This document shows positions 52,005 to 63,950 of a DNA stretch of 64,000 bases, one piece after another; the first letter of the stretch is position 1, and each line of letters opens with the position of its first letter. Under the pieces are notes generated by a model. It made no database searches, had not been told where the DNA came from, and was given only the letters and a program-made list of their open reading frames with translations. The DNA is from Vicugna vicugna. Taxonomy: Eukaryota. Made by a program: the position numbers and the translations under genes. Location of the stretch: assembly GCA_013265495.1 (NCBI GenBank), contig MU058365.1:186001-250000 (forward strand), written 5' to 3'.

Positions 52005-53577
52005 ATGGAATCTACCCATAGAGGCACATACTATCAGATGGGCAAGACAAATAAAGTTGGGCCCAAGCTAGCGGTTTCAGCACAGAAAGAGGCTGAGGTT
52101 CCGAACACAACCCCTCAGCAGGGACAAGGGTACATCCCTTCCTCGAGCCAGCGGAGAGCCACAATCTCTGTGAACACCTCACCCCATCGAAGATCAGAAG
52201 CTGGGTCTCCCACCACCATCCACTCAGTGCCAGACTGCCCTCGAACTGAGACCCAATCGAAATCTGACGCATACCGCCATGCCTCGCCTCCTCGAAAGAG
52301 CCAGCAAACTCCATGTGCCATGCAGATGCCGCGGAATGTTAGTCCATCCAGAGAGGAATCAGCTAGAAGAGGGGGTGAGAGCAAACCAGGGCGTGACGTC
52401 AGTAATCGCTACTCATTAATCCCAGGTACCAAATCCTCTTACCGGTTGAGTTTTGTAGACCAGAAGGATAACTTAACAGTCTTGCAAGAAGAAGACCCAC
52501 CTTCCAAGGTCCAGTACCCACAAGGAGTCAGGGTTCCCCGTAGGACTTTGGTTCACCCAAAGGATGAAGCAGTCCAAACTGACCCCATTCGAAAGAGTTT
52601 GACTGCTGCTGGAATCAGATCTCCAAGGAGACCCTCCAGTCCAGAACGCAGCAGCCGCATCTGTGCAGACTCTCGGACAACCCAGAGAAGGATCCCTGGC
52701 CAAGAGTTTGAAATGGGCCGTCAAAATTTAATTTATACAGAACCCAAGGCCTTGCATAGGAATACGAACTTGGAATCACCCCTCAAATTGTCTGCCCTAT
52801 TGGATGGCAGACACAAAGTTTCTACACGCTCAGAGCCTGAGTCTATCCGAAAGCATTCTGTCTACACCGAAAACAAGCCCTCCCCGAAGGTCTTATTAAC
52901 ATCACCAGAAATGGAGTCCAACATGAAGTCCCCAATCAGAGGAGACAGCGAGGCTGGCCGCAGGGTCACCATCTCCCCCAGCGGACTGTTAGCACAGTCA
53001 GCTTCCCGTGTGACGTCACGAAAGTTGTCTGAGAGCCCCCGCAAATCTTCCATGTTTGTCACTCCGGAGTCCGTCTCTAAGCAGCATACCAAAAGACCCT
53101 CAGAAAATATCTACACGTCCCCAGGACACACACTCAGGTATCCGGAGCCCTCTGGAAAGCCCCCTGTCCTGGCAGAACTGGAGCTGAGTCCTCGGCCTTT
53201 ACCCCCTCGGTCCTTACCTAGATATGGGCCTGACTCCTCATGGTGGGCCTTACTCAACTCTGAAGTTGAAATGCCCCAAAGCCAGCCGACAACACTTGAT
53301 TTCGAGCCTGAGTCCCCTTCTCCCCTAGACCCTTCACTGCCCTTTTTTGAAATGGACTCAAGCCCTTTCTGTGAGGATCTGATGTTCCAGAGGGGAAAGG
53401 CAAGCCCGTCACCACCACCAGCACCGGCGACACCACCACCACCACCACCAGCACCGGCGACACCACCACCAGCACTACCAAAGGAGTCTCCGAGCTGGAC
53501 ACCGCTGAGGGAAGTGCCCCAGGCTCCCAAGCACACCTCCAAACAACCCATTCAAAGGTTTAGTGCTTTCTTCTTGG
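52005..53577 (+). CDS. SEPTIN4: Large Ser/Pro/Arg-rich first coding exon of the SEPTIN4 long isoform (former C17orf47); start at ATG 52005 or 52038
   Basis: 526-codon ORF with recognisable C17orf47 motifs (PQGVRVPRR, KDEAVQT, PRPLPPRSLPRYGPDSSWW, KQPIQRFSAFFL); donor TTG G|gtatgt. Confidence 0.92.
53411..53470 (+). repeat. Perfect 30-bp coding tandem duplication (poly-Pro PPPAPATPPP)
   Basis: accaccaccagcaccggcgacaccaccacc twice. Confidence 0.95.
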
Positions 53578-54242
53578 GTATGTGAAGAAGCAGACTGCCC
53601 AGGTGCAGCCCTGATTTAGTGAGGTGGGACGTTGGGGTGGGCAAGAAAGGCCCCGTCTTCATTCCGGGCCTCAGAGCTGCCCTCTTGCCAGTGCCAGAGC
53701 TAGACTCGTCCTTGAGCCCATTGCTCCATTCCTTCCCCACCAGCTTCTCTGAGCTCCAAGCTAATGACATCGATGACCATGCTTGGGCCGGCGTCAGGCA
53801 TTGACTCTTCCAGGCAACGCTGCTTAACCTTTCAATGGAAGGTAGTAGAGAGTGGCTTGCAGGGTGGGAAGCTTCTTCCCAAGAGTGGAGATGAAGAACT
53901 GAGCTGGGGTGCAGGCTGGTAAGGGCTGGTAAAGAGAATAAGGTCCTCAGGTAAACATTCTGGCAACAAAGTGGAGAAGGTGGGGTGTAAATGAGCTGGG
54001 ACTTAGACTTCCAAGAGGGGCAAGGCATTAGCAGTGGCACAAAGAGAGGGTAGGGGAAAAGGGAGAGGGAGACTGGGAATGTGACATTTGGTCCTAGGTG
54101 GGAGGAGCTTCTTAGGATCGAGGGCTGAGGGCACGTTTGGGTAAAGAAATGCAGAGCTAGAAAGGGAGATGTTAAGTAGTGCAGGGAGGGGGTATGCATC
54201 CCACAGAGAGGGAAAAAAAGCAACAATCTCTGTTACTTTCAG

Positions 54243-54382
54243 ATGTCTCTGAGGAAATGTACAATCGTGTCATCTGGTGGCTAAAAGGTCTGTGCTTTTC
54301 CCCGTGGGTCCACAGTGGGGGGCTGGGAGGCAGGAGGACAGGTGGGAGGGTGGCTGTGTACCTGCAGAGCTGGGTCCACTAG
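54243..54382 (+). CDS. SEPTIN4: Second exon DVSEEMYNRVIWWLK; either reads through to TAG at 54382 (C17orf47 form) or splices after 54287 (SEPTIN4 long form)
   Basis: ctttcag| acceptor in phase with exon 1; internal donor AAG|gtctgt. Confidence 0.88.
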
Positions 54383-55467
54383 GGTGGTACATGCTGGGGT
54401 TTCAACTTGAAGGAGCAGAGGAACTTCTCGTCTTGCCTAAAATTCTACCATTAGAGTCATTCCTTTGGGACGTGGGAACTTCTTTATTTTCACGAATCTC
54501 CTTTTAGTGGGAAGTAGTCACTTTGGGAATGGAGAACAATTTAAGCCTCTCAGATTAGCTGGTCTTACCTATCAAACAACTTACCCAAACAAACAAACGC
54601 CCCCTCCCAAACAAACTATCTGCTTCACAGTCTTACGCAGGGCTAACTCCCTACTAATTCAGGTTGAGGGCTCTCCTTATGTGTCTTTCTGTTTCCTCAG
54701 AACCCTCCTCAAGCCCCCATCCCAGGACCTAGGAGGTCCTTACTGGCTGCTGCCCAGGCAGCATCTCTGGGGATTTATCTAGGCCTTGACGACATCAGTG
54801 GGTCCTGCGGCCAACTCTAGAATCCCCAGGGGCTGGTGACCCTTCCTACTCACTTTGTGCTCTTGACCTCTCTGGTGGAAGGGAAGGTGGGGACCAACCC
54901 TAAGATAGAGAATCTTTGCAGCAAGGAGTTCTTGCTTCAAGCGTTGTGCACCAAAACATGCTGCAGCCCTGTGAGCACGAGGGAGGCCAGGGCTCCGCAT
55001 GAGGACGTTCCTAGAGAGGAGAGCATCCTGGGAATGCAGTCCAGCCCCCAGCAGCAGCCCTGCCCCTCAGAGGGAGTAAAGCTCCACGAAGGAGAGGTTT
55101 TTAGAAAATGCACTCTGGAGTTATATTACTGGGTTTGAGCCCTGTGACCACTGTTTTCTGACTGTGACCTTGGGTAAGAGATTCTACCTCTCCCTCTCTA
55201 GTCATTAGTTTCCCCATCTGTTAATGAGACCCATGGCCTCCTCTTGGGGTTCTTGTGAGGACTCACCAGGCTATTGCAGGTAAAGCACTTAGCATGGCGC
55301 CTGGCAACAGCGAGCACGCAGTAAATGCTAGCTGTTGTTGCCTGGGCCGCTTGCACTAGGGAGGAATTTGGGCCAGGTTATGCCCAAGTCCACAGGACAT
55401 CTTTAGTAAAATTCTCTTTTTCCCCTCCTGTTGGCACTCTCTGAATTCCATTTGCTGCCCCCTGGGA

Positions 55468-55506
55468 ATGCCCGGCTTCTACTTCTCCACTATGGCAGAT
55501 GAAGAG
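55468..55506 (+). CDS. SEPTIN4: SEPTIN4 alternative first coding exon MPGFYFSTMADEE; its last 8 nt (55499-55506) also form an internal microexon
   Basis: ATG at 55468, GAG|gtaaga phase-0 donor; internal tggcag|ATGAAGAG is in phase with the 54287 donor. Confidence 0.8.
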
Positions 55507-56931
55507 GTAAGAACACCCCTGGGAAGTTACTTCCAGTGTTCCTGTGCTCGCCCTTATCCAAGTCCCTCTCCTTGCCCTCTGATGGAAGCAGGTGTGAAAG
55601 GAGACAGATAGACTGCTCCCTATGGTTGGGCAGGTTGTTCACTGCACAAGGGCACCTGGCAGAGAGAGCAAGCAGGGGCTGAAATCTAGCCTGTGTCACA
55701 CTTGCCAAGCTGTGCACCTACAGGGCTGCCTCTCCCCAGAGAGGAATTTGCACGAAGGTACCAGAGCTGGGTTGCAACCCTAGAGAGAAAGAGTGGAGAT
55801 CTTGTGGCAAATGATGAATCCTGCCAAGGGCTCTTGGGGAAGACCGTCTGAGAAGCCATAGGCTGGATCTGTCCCCACTTGGCTCTCCCCTCTCCAGCCT
55901 AGGGCACTCCAGAAAGGGGACGCTTTTCTGGGTTATACACTATTTGAGTCCTCAGCTTGGAAAGGCACAAGGTGAACTCTGCTCTCGGCAGCCCCGTGTC
56001 CTGAATTTGGCTGAGTGTCCTGATTTCACAGTGCATGGTTCCCATAAGCACTTTCGTTCTTCTTGGCCCATGTTTGATAAGATAGACGAGCTCTTCTGCC
56101 TTCATTCCGTCTCTTGCCATACCTCTCCCTTACCCAGAGCCCAGTGTGGCCTCTGATGGGTCCCAACCACGGGGAAGCCCAGAATGGACAGTTGACTACA
56201 GATGGGAATCAAATGAGGTTGGGGGTGGGAGGGGGACAGCCTGAACTCAGATAACGGAACAGCTGCTGGGGAGGTGCCAGAAATGCGACTGCCACCCCCT
56301 CGCCGTGGCTGCTTCTCTAGCCCTGTGCCCTGGGCTCAGCTGTGGGTGGGAGCAGCTACTTTTAGAGATTATCTCCATACAAGACAGTAAATCCTTCTCT
56401 CCCTTCTGCCTTTCTTTCTTCCTTCCTTCCTCCTTTTCTCCCTTCTCTCCATAAACAGTTTTTATTCGGATGCTAAGCACTCTGCTAGGCACTGCTGGCG
56501 AAAGCATTGAAACTTCACAGCATACAGTCTTTGGCCTTGAGAAGCTTACTGTCTGGATGGGGAGATAAGACATGGACAGGAAACCTTTGAATAACAATAT
56601 GAAATAGTCTGTGCTCTAATGTTGAAATATATGAAACAGCCTGAATAAGTGCTCTTGGAGGGTCTTAACAGAGAGGGAGTCAGCAGGGGATTTGAGGGGA
56701 GGTGGTCAGGTTACCCACTCCTTCCTAAAGCCGGGGTGGGGTGGGTATCTTAATAGCCAGCCTCTTGCTCACCCCTTGATGCAAATCTATACCTTTGGGA
56801 AGGGGTGAGCATATCCCCTACTTCAGGATATGATGCTTTTGACAGAGCAAGTTCCTCCCTGTTCTCCACCCTCACCCCCTTTCTTCATGTATCTTGTTTT
56901 AGTTTAGGAAGTCAAAAGCCTTGGCAGCAGG

Positions 56932-57075
56932 ATGGCTCCTTCCCAAAATAGCTCTTATCCTGTCTTGATAATTGCAGCTCTCCAGCCCTATTCAGCGGCA
57001 GAGCTGCTCCCCAGAATCTGGGAAGGGAAGGCTCCCAGGCATCTGAGCCTGCTGGTCTTCTCTGGATCTCTGGAA
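56932..57075 (+). CDS. SEPTIN4: Possible SEPTIN4 alternative first exon, MAPSQ...LLVFSGSLE
   Basis: 48 codons ending GAA|gtgggt (phase 0); the DNA resembles a human SEPT4 alternative N-terminus as I recall it, but with a frameshift. Confidence 0.45.
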
Positions 57076-60000
57076 GTGGGTGGCATGGAGGCAGCCAGAT
57101 CATGCGAGGGCGAGGCCTTCCTCTCGCTGTCCCCTAGGCTGCGTGGCCCGCAGGTGGTCCCAGGATGGAGGCTCTGTGGTGCTGATGTCGAGGGCCTGTG
57201 GTTCCACTCATCTCGGAATGGTTGACACTGGAGTCTGTTCTGGATTCCATTCCCGGCAGGAGTTCTCTGGGGACCCAACCACAGCTCGTGGACAGCAGCG
57301 TGTATGTCGTTGCGCCCTTCTGGGTCCACAGCTGGGCGTGATTCAGCCCATCTCTCTGTCAGTCTCCTCCCAGGAGGCCCCTGAAGACCCTTCTGTCTAA
57401 GGAGCAGGGTGAACAGAGGCTTCTCAACCTTGGATTGGGACATTAGGGGCTGGAGTTATGCTTCACTGAGGGAAACATTCCTGAAGGGTTTTTTTTGTTT
57501 TTGTTTTTTTGTTTTTTTTGGTATCAGAACTAGCAGAAGCTCAACTGGAAGGTTGTGAGTGTTCCCTTTGGGGTCAGTGGGGGCTGTCTTCTCACACAGC
57601 CCTGGGGAGTTCCCTGGACTAAAGTAGCTCTTGATGGGAGGGGCTGCCCTGGCCCCAAGACCCTGTGTCCTCAAGGCACCTAACCTACTCGCCCTTGGAT
57701 ATGACTTCTCAGGCTGTTAGGGGACAAGGTGGTTTATTCCTTGCTAGATCTATCAATTATGCAAGACACCAACCCTGGAAAACAGGCCACGAACCAGAGG
57801 AGGCTATTTCAGTGATACCTAAGGCAGGCTTCAGCGTCTTCAGGGTGACATGTCATCTGGCCCTGGTGGATGAGGATTTGCTCAGGTAGACTAACTCAGC
57901 AAAGAAGAACCCAGAGCCTGGGAGCAGTGCAGGGAGGCTCTGCACTCCTGGGGATGTTAACAGAATCCTGGGATATGGGTTATCTGGTAGGAACGCTAAA
58001 ACCATCTTTCGGCCCCGTCATTCTCTCTTACTTTGTGCAGAGGCTCATAGTTGAGAGGAAAGGTGGTTGTTGGAATAATGGAGCAAAGCTGCTGAAAATG
58101 GGGCAGGACACCTCGGGAGGCTTTTCATAGCAGCTTGACCCTCGCTACCCTGCTTCTTTTCCTGTCACATGGTATCTTGTTCACTCCAGCTACCATGGGC
58201 AGCCAAGCACAGGGAAGGATGGGAGGCTGGTGACCTCTGGCCCCGACTTGCTATTTTGGGGATGGGCTGTGTTGACCAACTCATCAGGGTTTGCCCAGGA
58301 TGCTCCTGGCTTTAGCACTGTGAATGTCCTGTGTCCTGGGAACTACCTTGGTCCTGAGCAAACTAGGACAGCCGGTCACCGTCGGGCAGGTGGTGTGGCA
58401 CACCTCAGCAAGAGCCTCCGGAAGCACAGGGCAGGGCGGTGATGTCCCACCACCACTGGGAGACCTGGCCAGATTGCTCCCTCTGGCTGACAAATGAGGG
58501 CGGGAAGATGCTATGCATTCCTCTCCAACTTGATATCAGAACTGAGGCCAGAATCCCTTCATTTTTTATTCTGCCCAGAATGATTCCCACAGAAGGAAGA
58601 CTCTGCCACATCCATTTTGGACTTTCTAGTGTACTTCCAGAAACTACTTGGTTCCAACATTGCATATTTCTATCAGAGAAGTCTAATGGTCTTTGAAATG
58701 GTGGCTTTTTCAAGTTAAGAAGAGAGACAGTGGGGCTGAGCAGACAAGGGAGCTTGGCTTCAGGGGGCAGGATGCATACTTGGATGAGGAAGCAACTCTG
58801 TAATGCAGAAGCCATCCTGACAGCTGTTCAGCCAGAGGAAGGCTGTCCTGAGAGACAGAAATGACCATGTCCCTTCAGCCTTCTCTGCTCAGCTGCCTTT
58901 GGTCCAGCTGCCATGAGGGGAGAAGCCAGGGACAGCTGCACCCTGGGGGCTGAACGAAGACCTGGAGGAGGGGGACAGAATGTGAGGCAGCTCCTGAGGG
59001 AAGCTCAGACTCTGAGGACGCTGGAGGTGGGAGGACCGGGTCAGCCAGTGTCAATTCCTTGGCACATCTACCGCAGGCAGAGTGGTCTAGCTCCAGGGGT
59101 CTCAACAGTGGCTTTGGGCTCAGTAAGTCTGAAGCCAAGATCTGTTTTCTGGAGTTGGAGTGGCATCTAGCTGAAGACGCTGACTTCACAGCTGGGGGCC
59201 GCATGGTCATTCCAATGTCACTTTTCTCCCATCCTTCTATACCCATTACGAATGCACATGTCTAATCCTTTGGAGGGAAAGGCATTTGAAATAGTCACAG
59301 TTGACAGTTGCTGGTTTGGTGTTAACAATTCTGGTGTTCGCTGAGGTAATGGCTACCATTTATTTTAGCGATTATACCAACGCTGAGTTTGTTGTCTTAG
59401 TGAATCTTCATAGCAAACCTATGAGGTGGACTTTTTCTCCCTATTTCACAGATGAAGAAACTGAGGCTCAGAGCTTGCTCACCAGAACTAGGAGCACTTT
59501 AGGGAGTATCTGGCCCCAGGGGTTCATATGTGGTGTAGAAACCCTTGGTATTTCATGGTATTTCAGCAGTACCTTTAGGTATCAAGAATTGTGAGAGGAA
59601 AGGATTTAGTAGGGGCAACATCTGTGTCTCTGTATTTGAACTAAGAGACTGGGAGATGGGTGTGAGCTGATAAAGAGCCAGAATGAAGGGCAGGTTATGG
59701 GTCAACAAAGCCCGGGGCCTCAGGGCTTGTCTGTACTCCAAAATCAGAGTGGAAAGTAATCAATGAATCCGTTCAGTCAATCCACATTGATCAGGCATCT
59801 CCTGCGGGCAGGGGCCTGGTCACTCAGGCAGACATCACATGACATATTCCCTGTGTTGAAGTGAGTAGAGATTAAAATAGAAAACATACTCCTTGTCCTT
59901 GAAGGGCTTGTGGTTAATTTGGAGAGAAAAGTATACAGATGGGTCCCTCGAAAGAATGCGGAGATCAAAGGACAAACAAAGTCCAGTGCAATGAATCAGC

Positions 60001-61979
60001 AAACTTCTAGCATGGAGGCATCTGGGGAGTAAAGGCCAGGGGGAGTCCAATTTTGGCTCAGTATAATGGAGACCTTGGTAACTCAGCACCCAAAGATTGA
60101 AGGGCAGTTGTTAGAGTCAGTGAGTTTTTGGCCGTGGAAAATATTCAAGAACAGGCTGAGAGGTCAAGGGGAAGGGGTGCTTTGAAGGGAGTCAGACATC
60201 CAGCGGATGGTGGCTCAAACATCCCTGAGCTCCTGTGCCCTGCACTGCTGCAGAGCGAGTATTGGAAGGGCCCTCTGGCTGGCTTCTGTCGCCCTGCTGG
60301 CTCTGGAACTGGCCCTTGCTGCAGTTGTTCAGCAAGTGCCAGGAAACACAGCGCTGTCTGACCTTGCTATCCACATCTCCTGCCTGCCCCTGAATCCTGG
60401 GACACTGGGGAACAATAAGGGAATGAGTGGGGCTTAGGGTGTTTTGGTTTCTTGCCTCTGCACAGACCTTGCTGACAGACTGGCTGAGGTTTCCTTGAAA
60501 GACACAACCCAGTGATAGATAGCCCTTTGGCCCCACTGGGGCTCTCTGAATGTATCATCACTGACTCATCACATCTGGGAGGAGGCAGGTACTATTAGCT
60601 CTTGTACCACTTAAGGGAAACTGCTACCGAGGGGTAAAAGCGGCCTTTGTTAGCCAAGCAGATCTGAAATCCTGGTTTCCTATAGTAATCACTCTTTATT
60701 CTTCACTCTGAACCTGTGTCCTGGCTTGACCTAAGTGCAACATCGTTTTTTTTGACATCTCTGTGCCATGCAACCTTCACCCATGGGTGAGCAGGAAAGA
60801 TCCAGTGGGGAGGGCCAGGAGACTTTCCATACAGACCACGTTGTCCTGACCTAAGCAGAGGGAGCCCAGGACAGCAGGCGGGGGCTGTGGTTGCGAATGC
60901 AAGTTTTCCGGAAGAGTCACCCTCTGTGCCAAGCTAAGTGTCCACTCTCCAGACACTTGGCTTGAACACCTCACCTCAGCTAGTGCCCCGGAAACAGTGC
61001 TCTAGCCAAGGACGTCAGTGCCTGGTGGGATGTTGAATTTCAAGAGACGGCTAGAGCTCCAGGAGCTGAGGGGCACTGAGGCAAGGCTGGCCAGGCCACC
61101 TGCCACCTGGAGGCGGAGACGAGTGTTCAGTGGTCAGTGGCTCACACGAGGGCTGCTGTAGCTCAGCCCTTCTTCTGACCAGGTGTCAGACTCTACCTGT
61201 ATCCACACAGAACAAGAGCACTGGAGTTGACGGGAGAACAGTCCTCTCTTTCAATGGGGGAAGCAGAAGCACAGGGAAGGCAAGGGACTTCCAAGCAGTG
61301 AGGTAGTCACCAAAGCTGGCATGGGGACTTACTCCCATGTCAAGTTCTCATGGAGGCCTCTGAGTGCTACAGGGGTAGCATGCAGGGTGGTGCAGGTAGA
61401 GTGGCCCAAAGTCTGTCTTAGGCTTTTATTTTGCATGTTGGTGTGATGATTATAAAGGGACCATGACCATCAAGACCCCAAGATTCTTGGCTTAGAGAGG
61501 AGTTCCATGGTCCCTAGCCTCTCTTGGGGCCTCATTTCCCTCAAAGCAAGCTGGCACCAACGTGTCTTAGGAAACACAAGGCTCTCTGGCATCTGGGCAG
61601 CAGGTGCCAGAGCAGAGCCAGGATTCCAGCCACAGCTGAGGATGAGCTAGGTGAGATGTGCCCGTGTCCACACTGGGAAAGCAGCTGGAACTGAGGGGAG
61701 GAGGGACGGACGTTATGACTGTGGAAAACGAGGCTTTGTGAAGGGGCCTGTCTTCCCTGATGTAGGCTTTCTCCCCTGGGCCCAGTGCCCCCAGCCCAGG
61801 CCTCACAGACTGATGGTGGAAGCACTTTTGAGTGCGTACATGAGTACCAGCGGCCAGCAGCTAGTTCCCAACAGTGGGGCTTTGTGTAGCCTGAGTTTGG
61901 TGTTCACGTCTGATGGCAGCAAGCGCTGCTGCTTCGGCAGACTTTCAGCAGCCATTGGTTTCTCCCTAAAGAAACTCCT

Positions 61980-62077
61980 ATAGTGGGGGAGGATATAGCT
62001 CAGTGGGAGAGCACGTTAATAAATAATGATAAACAGTTAATAAATAAACCTAATTATCTCCTCCCTACTTCCCCCTC
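61980..62077 (+). mobile_element. tRNA-derived SINE with an internal deletion removing the B box
   Basis: tatagctcagtgggagagc jumps directly to the aataaacctaatt tail; perfect 16-bp TSD ccctaaagaaactcct at 61964 and 62078. Confidence 0.8.
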
Positions 62078-63219
62078 CCCTAAAGAAACTCCTTTATGAC
62101 CTTGTTTTCCTGAGCTCAGCTTCAGATCCCCTGATCTACCCTGAGCCTTTTCCAGGAAACTCCTATACCCTCAGAGGTTGCCTCCCATCAGAGCCAAGCT
62201 GATGGCCCTAGTTTAATCCCCTTATTTTCAGGTATGAAAACTGAGGTACAGATAGGTGAAGTGAGGTCATCCAGCTAGGAAGTTTTCTCCTTGACTTGCT
62301 GGCTCATGAACATCCCTGATTGCTTTAAGCAAGGCACCCCTTCTGTCCTCCAGCCCACCAGAGCCAAATATTCAATAGCATCTCCACTAGCAGCCCCGTG
62401 TTTTCTGAGCCTGATCTCACCTGCCGTACCCGGCAGTTTTGATGAATTCCAACCATGACCACTGAGTCACAGATCAGACTGAAATTGTATAGGCAGGCAT
62501 CTGGTGCTTCTATCAACAGAGGGGGCCACCCCTGTGCCCTTAGTTTTGTCCAAAGTGTACTCAGGCCAGCCTGCCTACCCTGGGGGAAGGCTCTTAGAAG
62601 TCAGGGGAGGAGCATGCTTCTGGAAACTTCCACAGAAGACTGACCAGCTCAGACCTGTATTAGCTCAGGAAATCCCCACCAACTCCCCACCCTCTAAGCA
62701 TCTACTTCCTCCTAGCTGCTGCTGACCCTTCTAATGCCTCTAAAGCTTCTGGGGCATCTGTCCTCACTGTATTTCACCTGCTCGCCCAGCATGGCCTCTC
62801 CTGAGGCCTTCCCCATCTTCCACAGCCCCAGGCGAGGCTCCACTGCCCCAAAAGGCCACACAGCTTCTCCCCTTCCACTCTTCCAGCAGATGATCCCAGG
62901 ATAATTTATGCAGCAAATCCTCTTTAATCTTTAATCTAGGGTCCTGCAGGAAGGGAACCTCTTGTCTCTTCTTCTCAGCTTGGGTGGAGGTGGGGAGTGT
63001 TTGGCGTTCCACCTTAGGAGGTGTGCACAGGGTCTGGACCATCAGTAACTTGGACGTCAGCTGGATTCCATTCCCGAAAACCTTGTGGACTCTCAGGGAT
63101 AACTGACTGTTTCTCTCCAATATGCGGGGCAAACCCCTCCTCTCTTCAGAAATCGTCTTCTCCTGGGGATGCCAGGTGGGCCCTTCCTTTTTCTTTGGCG
63201 ACTGGCTCAAGCCCCCACG

Positions 63220-63950
63220 GTGATGCGCTGCCTCGACAGGCCACTCTTTAGGGGCTTAGTAAGAAAGAGCCAGGTGACCAGCGCAGCCCTGTCCCCAGTG
63301 CCTCTCCGCACCTCGCCTCCGGGGGTCGCAGGCTGCAAGGCCCGCCCTCAGGCTGGCCGCCCCCTGCCCAGCCTGCGCTCGCACCGCGCGCCTCGGAGGT
63401 GCAGGCCCCGCCCCGGGGCCGCCCCGCCCCGCCAAAAAGGCGGGTGGGGGCCGGCGGTGTGGCGAGGTCGGCACGCAGCTTCGGCCTCTGGTCGCTCGGG
63501 CGCTGTCCAGGCTGAGCCGGCCCGGCCCGGGCTGCAGCCATGGTAAGGCGGGCGGGCGCGGGGCAGGGCCGGGCGCGCAGGGCCCGCCGCTCCCGGGCGG
63601 CTCCGCTGAGACCCGCGACTCCGCAGCCCCGGCTGTGCGGTGCGGGAGGCGCTGTCGCGCGCCGCGGGCACAGGCAGGCGCTGCTGGCTGACAGCGCTGC
63701 GTCGCTGCTCCCAAGTTTCTCCTTCTGATCCTAGCAGAGATGGAGTGGGCCCCGGCCCCCGTGGTGCTGCCCGCGTTCTTGGACGAAGGGATCGGTCCGT
63801 GCTGGGTGGGTAGGGGGCACCGGCCGAGACGCGCAGGTTGGGCTGGGGCGGGCACGTCAGCCAGGAGCGGAGGTGAGGGTCCTCGCCCTTGCCTGGGACA
63901 GCGGTTACCTGGGCTAGCCTTCCTGCCCTGGGCTCCGGGACCAGCACCAA
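63220..63950. promoter_or_regulatory. SEPTIN4: CpG island / SEPTIN4 alternative promoter
   Basis: Abrupt rise in GC and CpG density, with multiple GC boxes (ccccgccc, gggcgg). Confidence 0.9.
63540..63542 (+). CDS. SEPTIN4: SEPTIN4 CpG-island first exon contributing only the start codon
   Basis: gcagccATG|gtaagg: Kozak-like ATG immediately followed by a strong donor; fits SEPT4 isoforms starting M-IKRFLED (the downstream exon is outside the window). Confidence 0.8.

Noticed and set aside
53111..54226. Minus-strand ORFs of 146 and 224 aa over and after the large SEPTIN4 exon
   Set aside because: Antisense shadow of the proline repeat and purine-rich intron; no coding hallmarks
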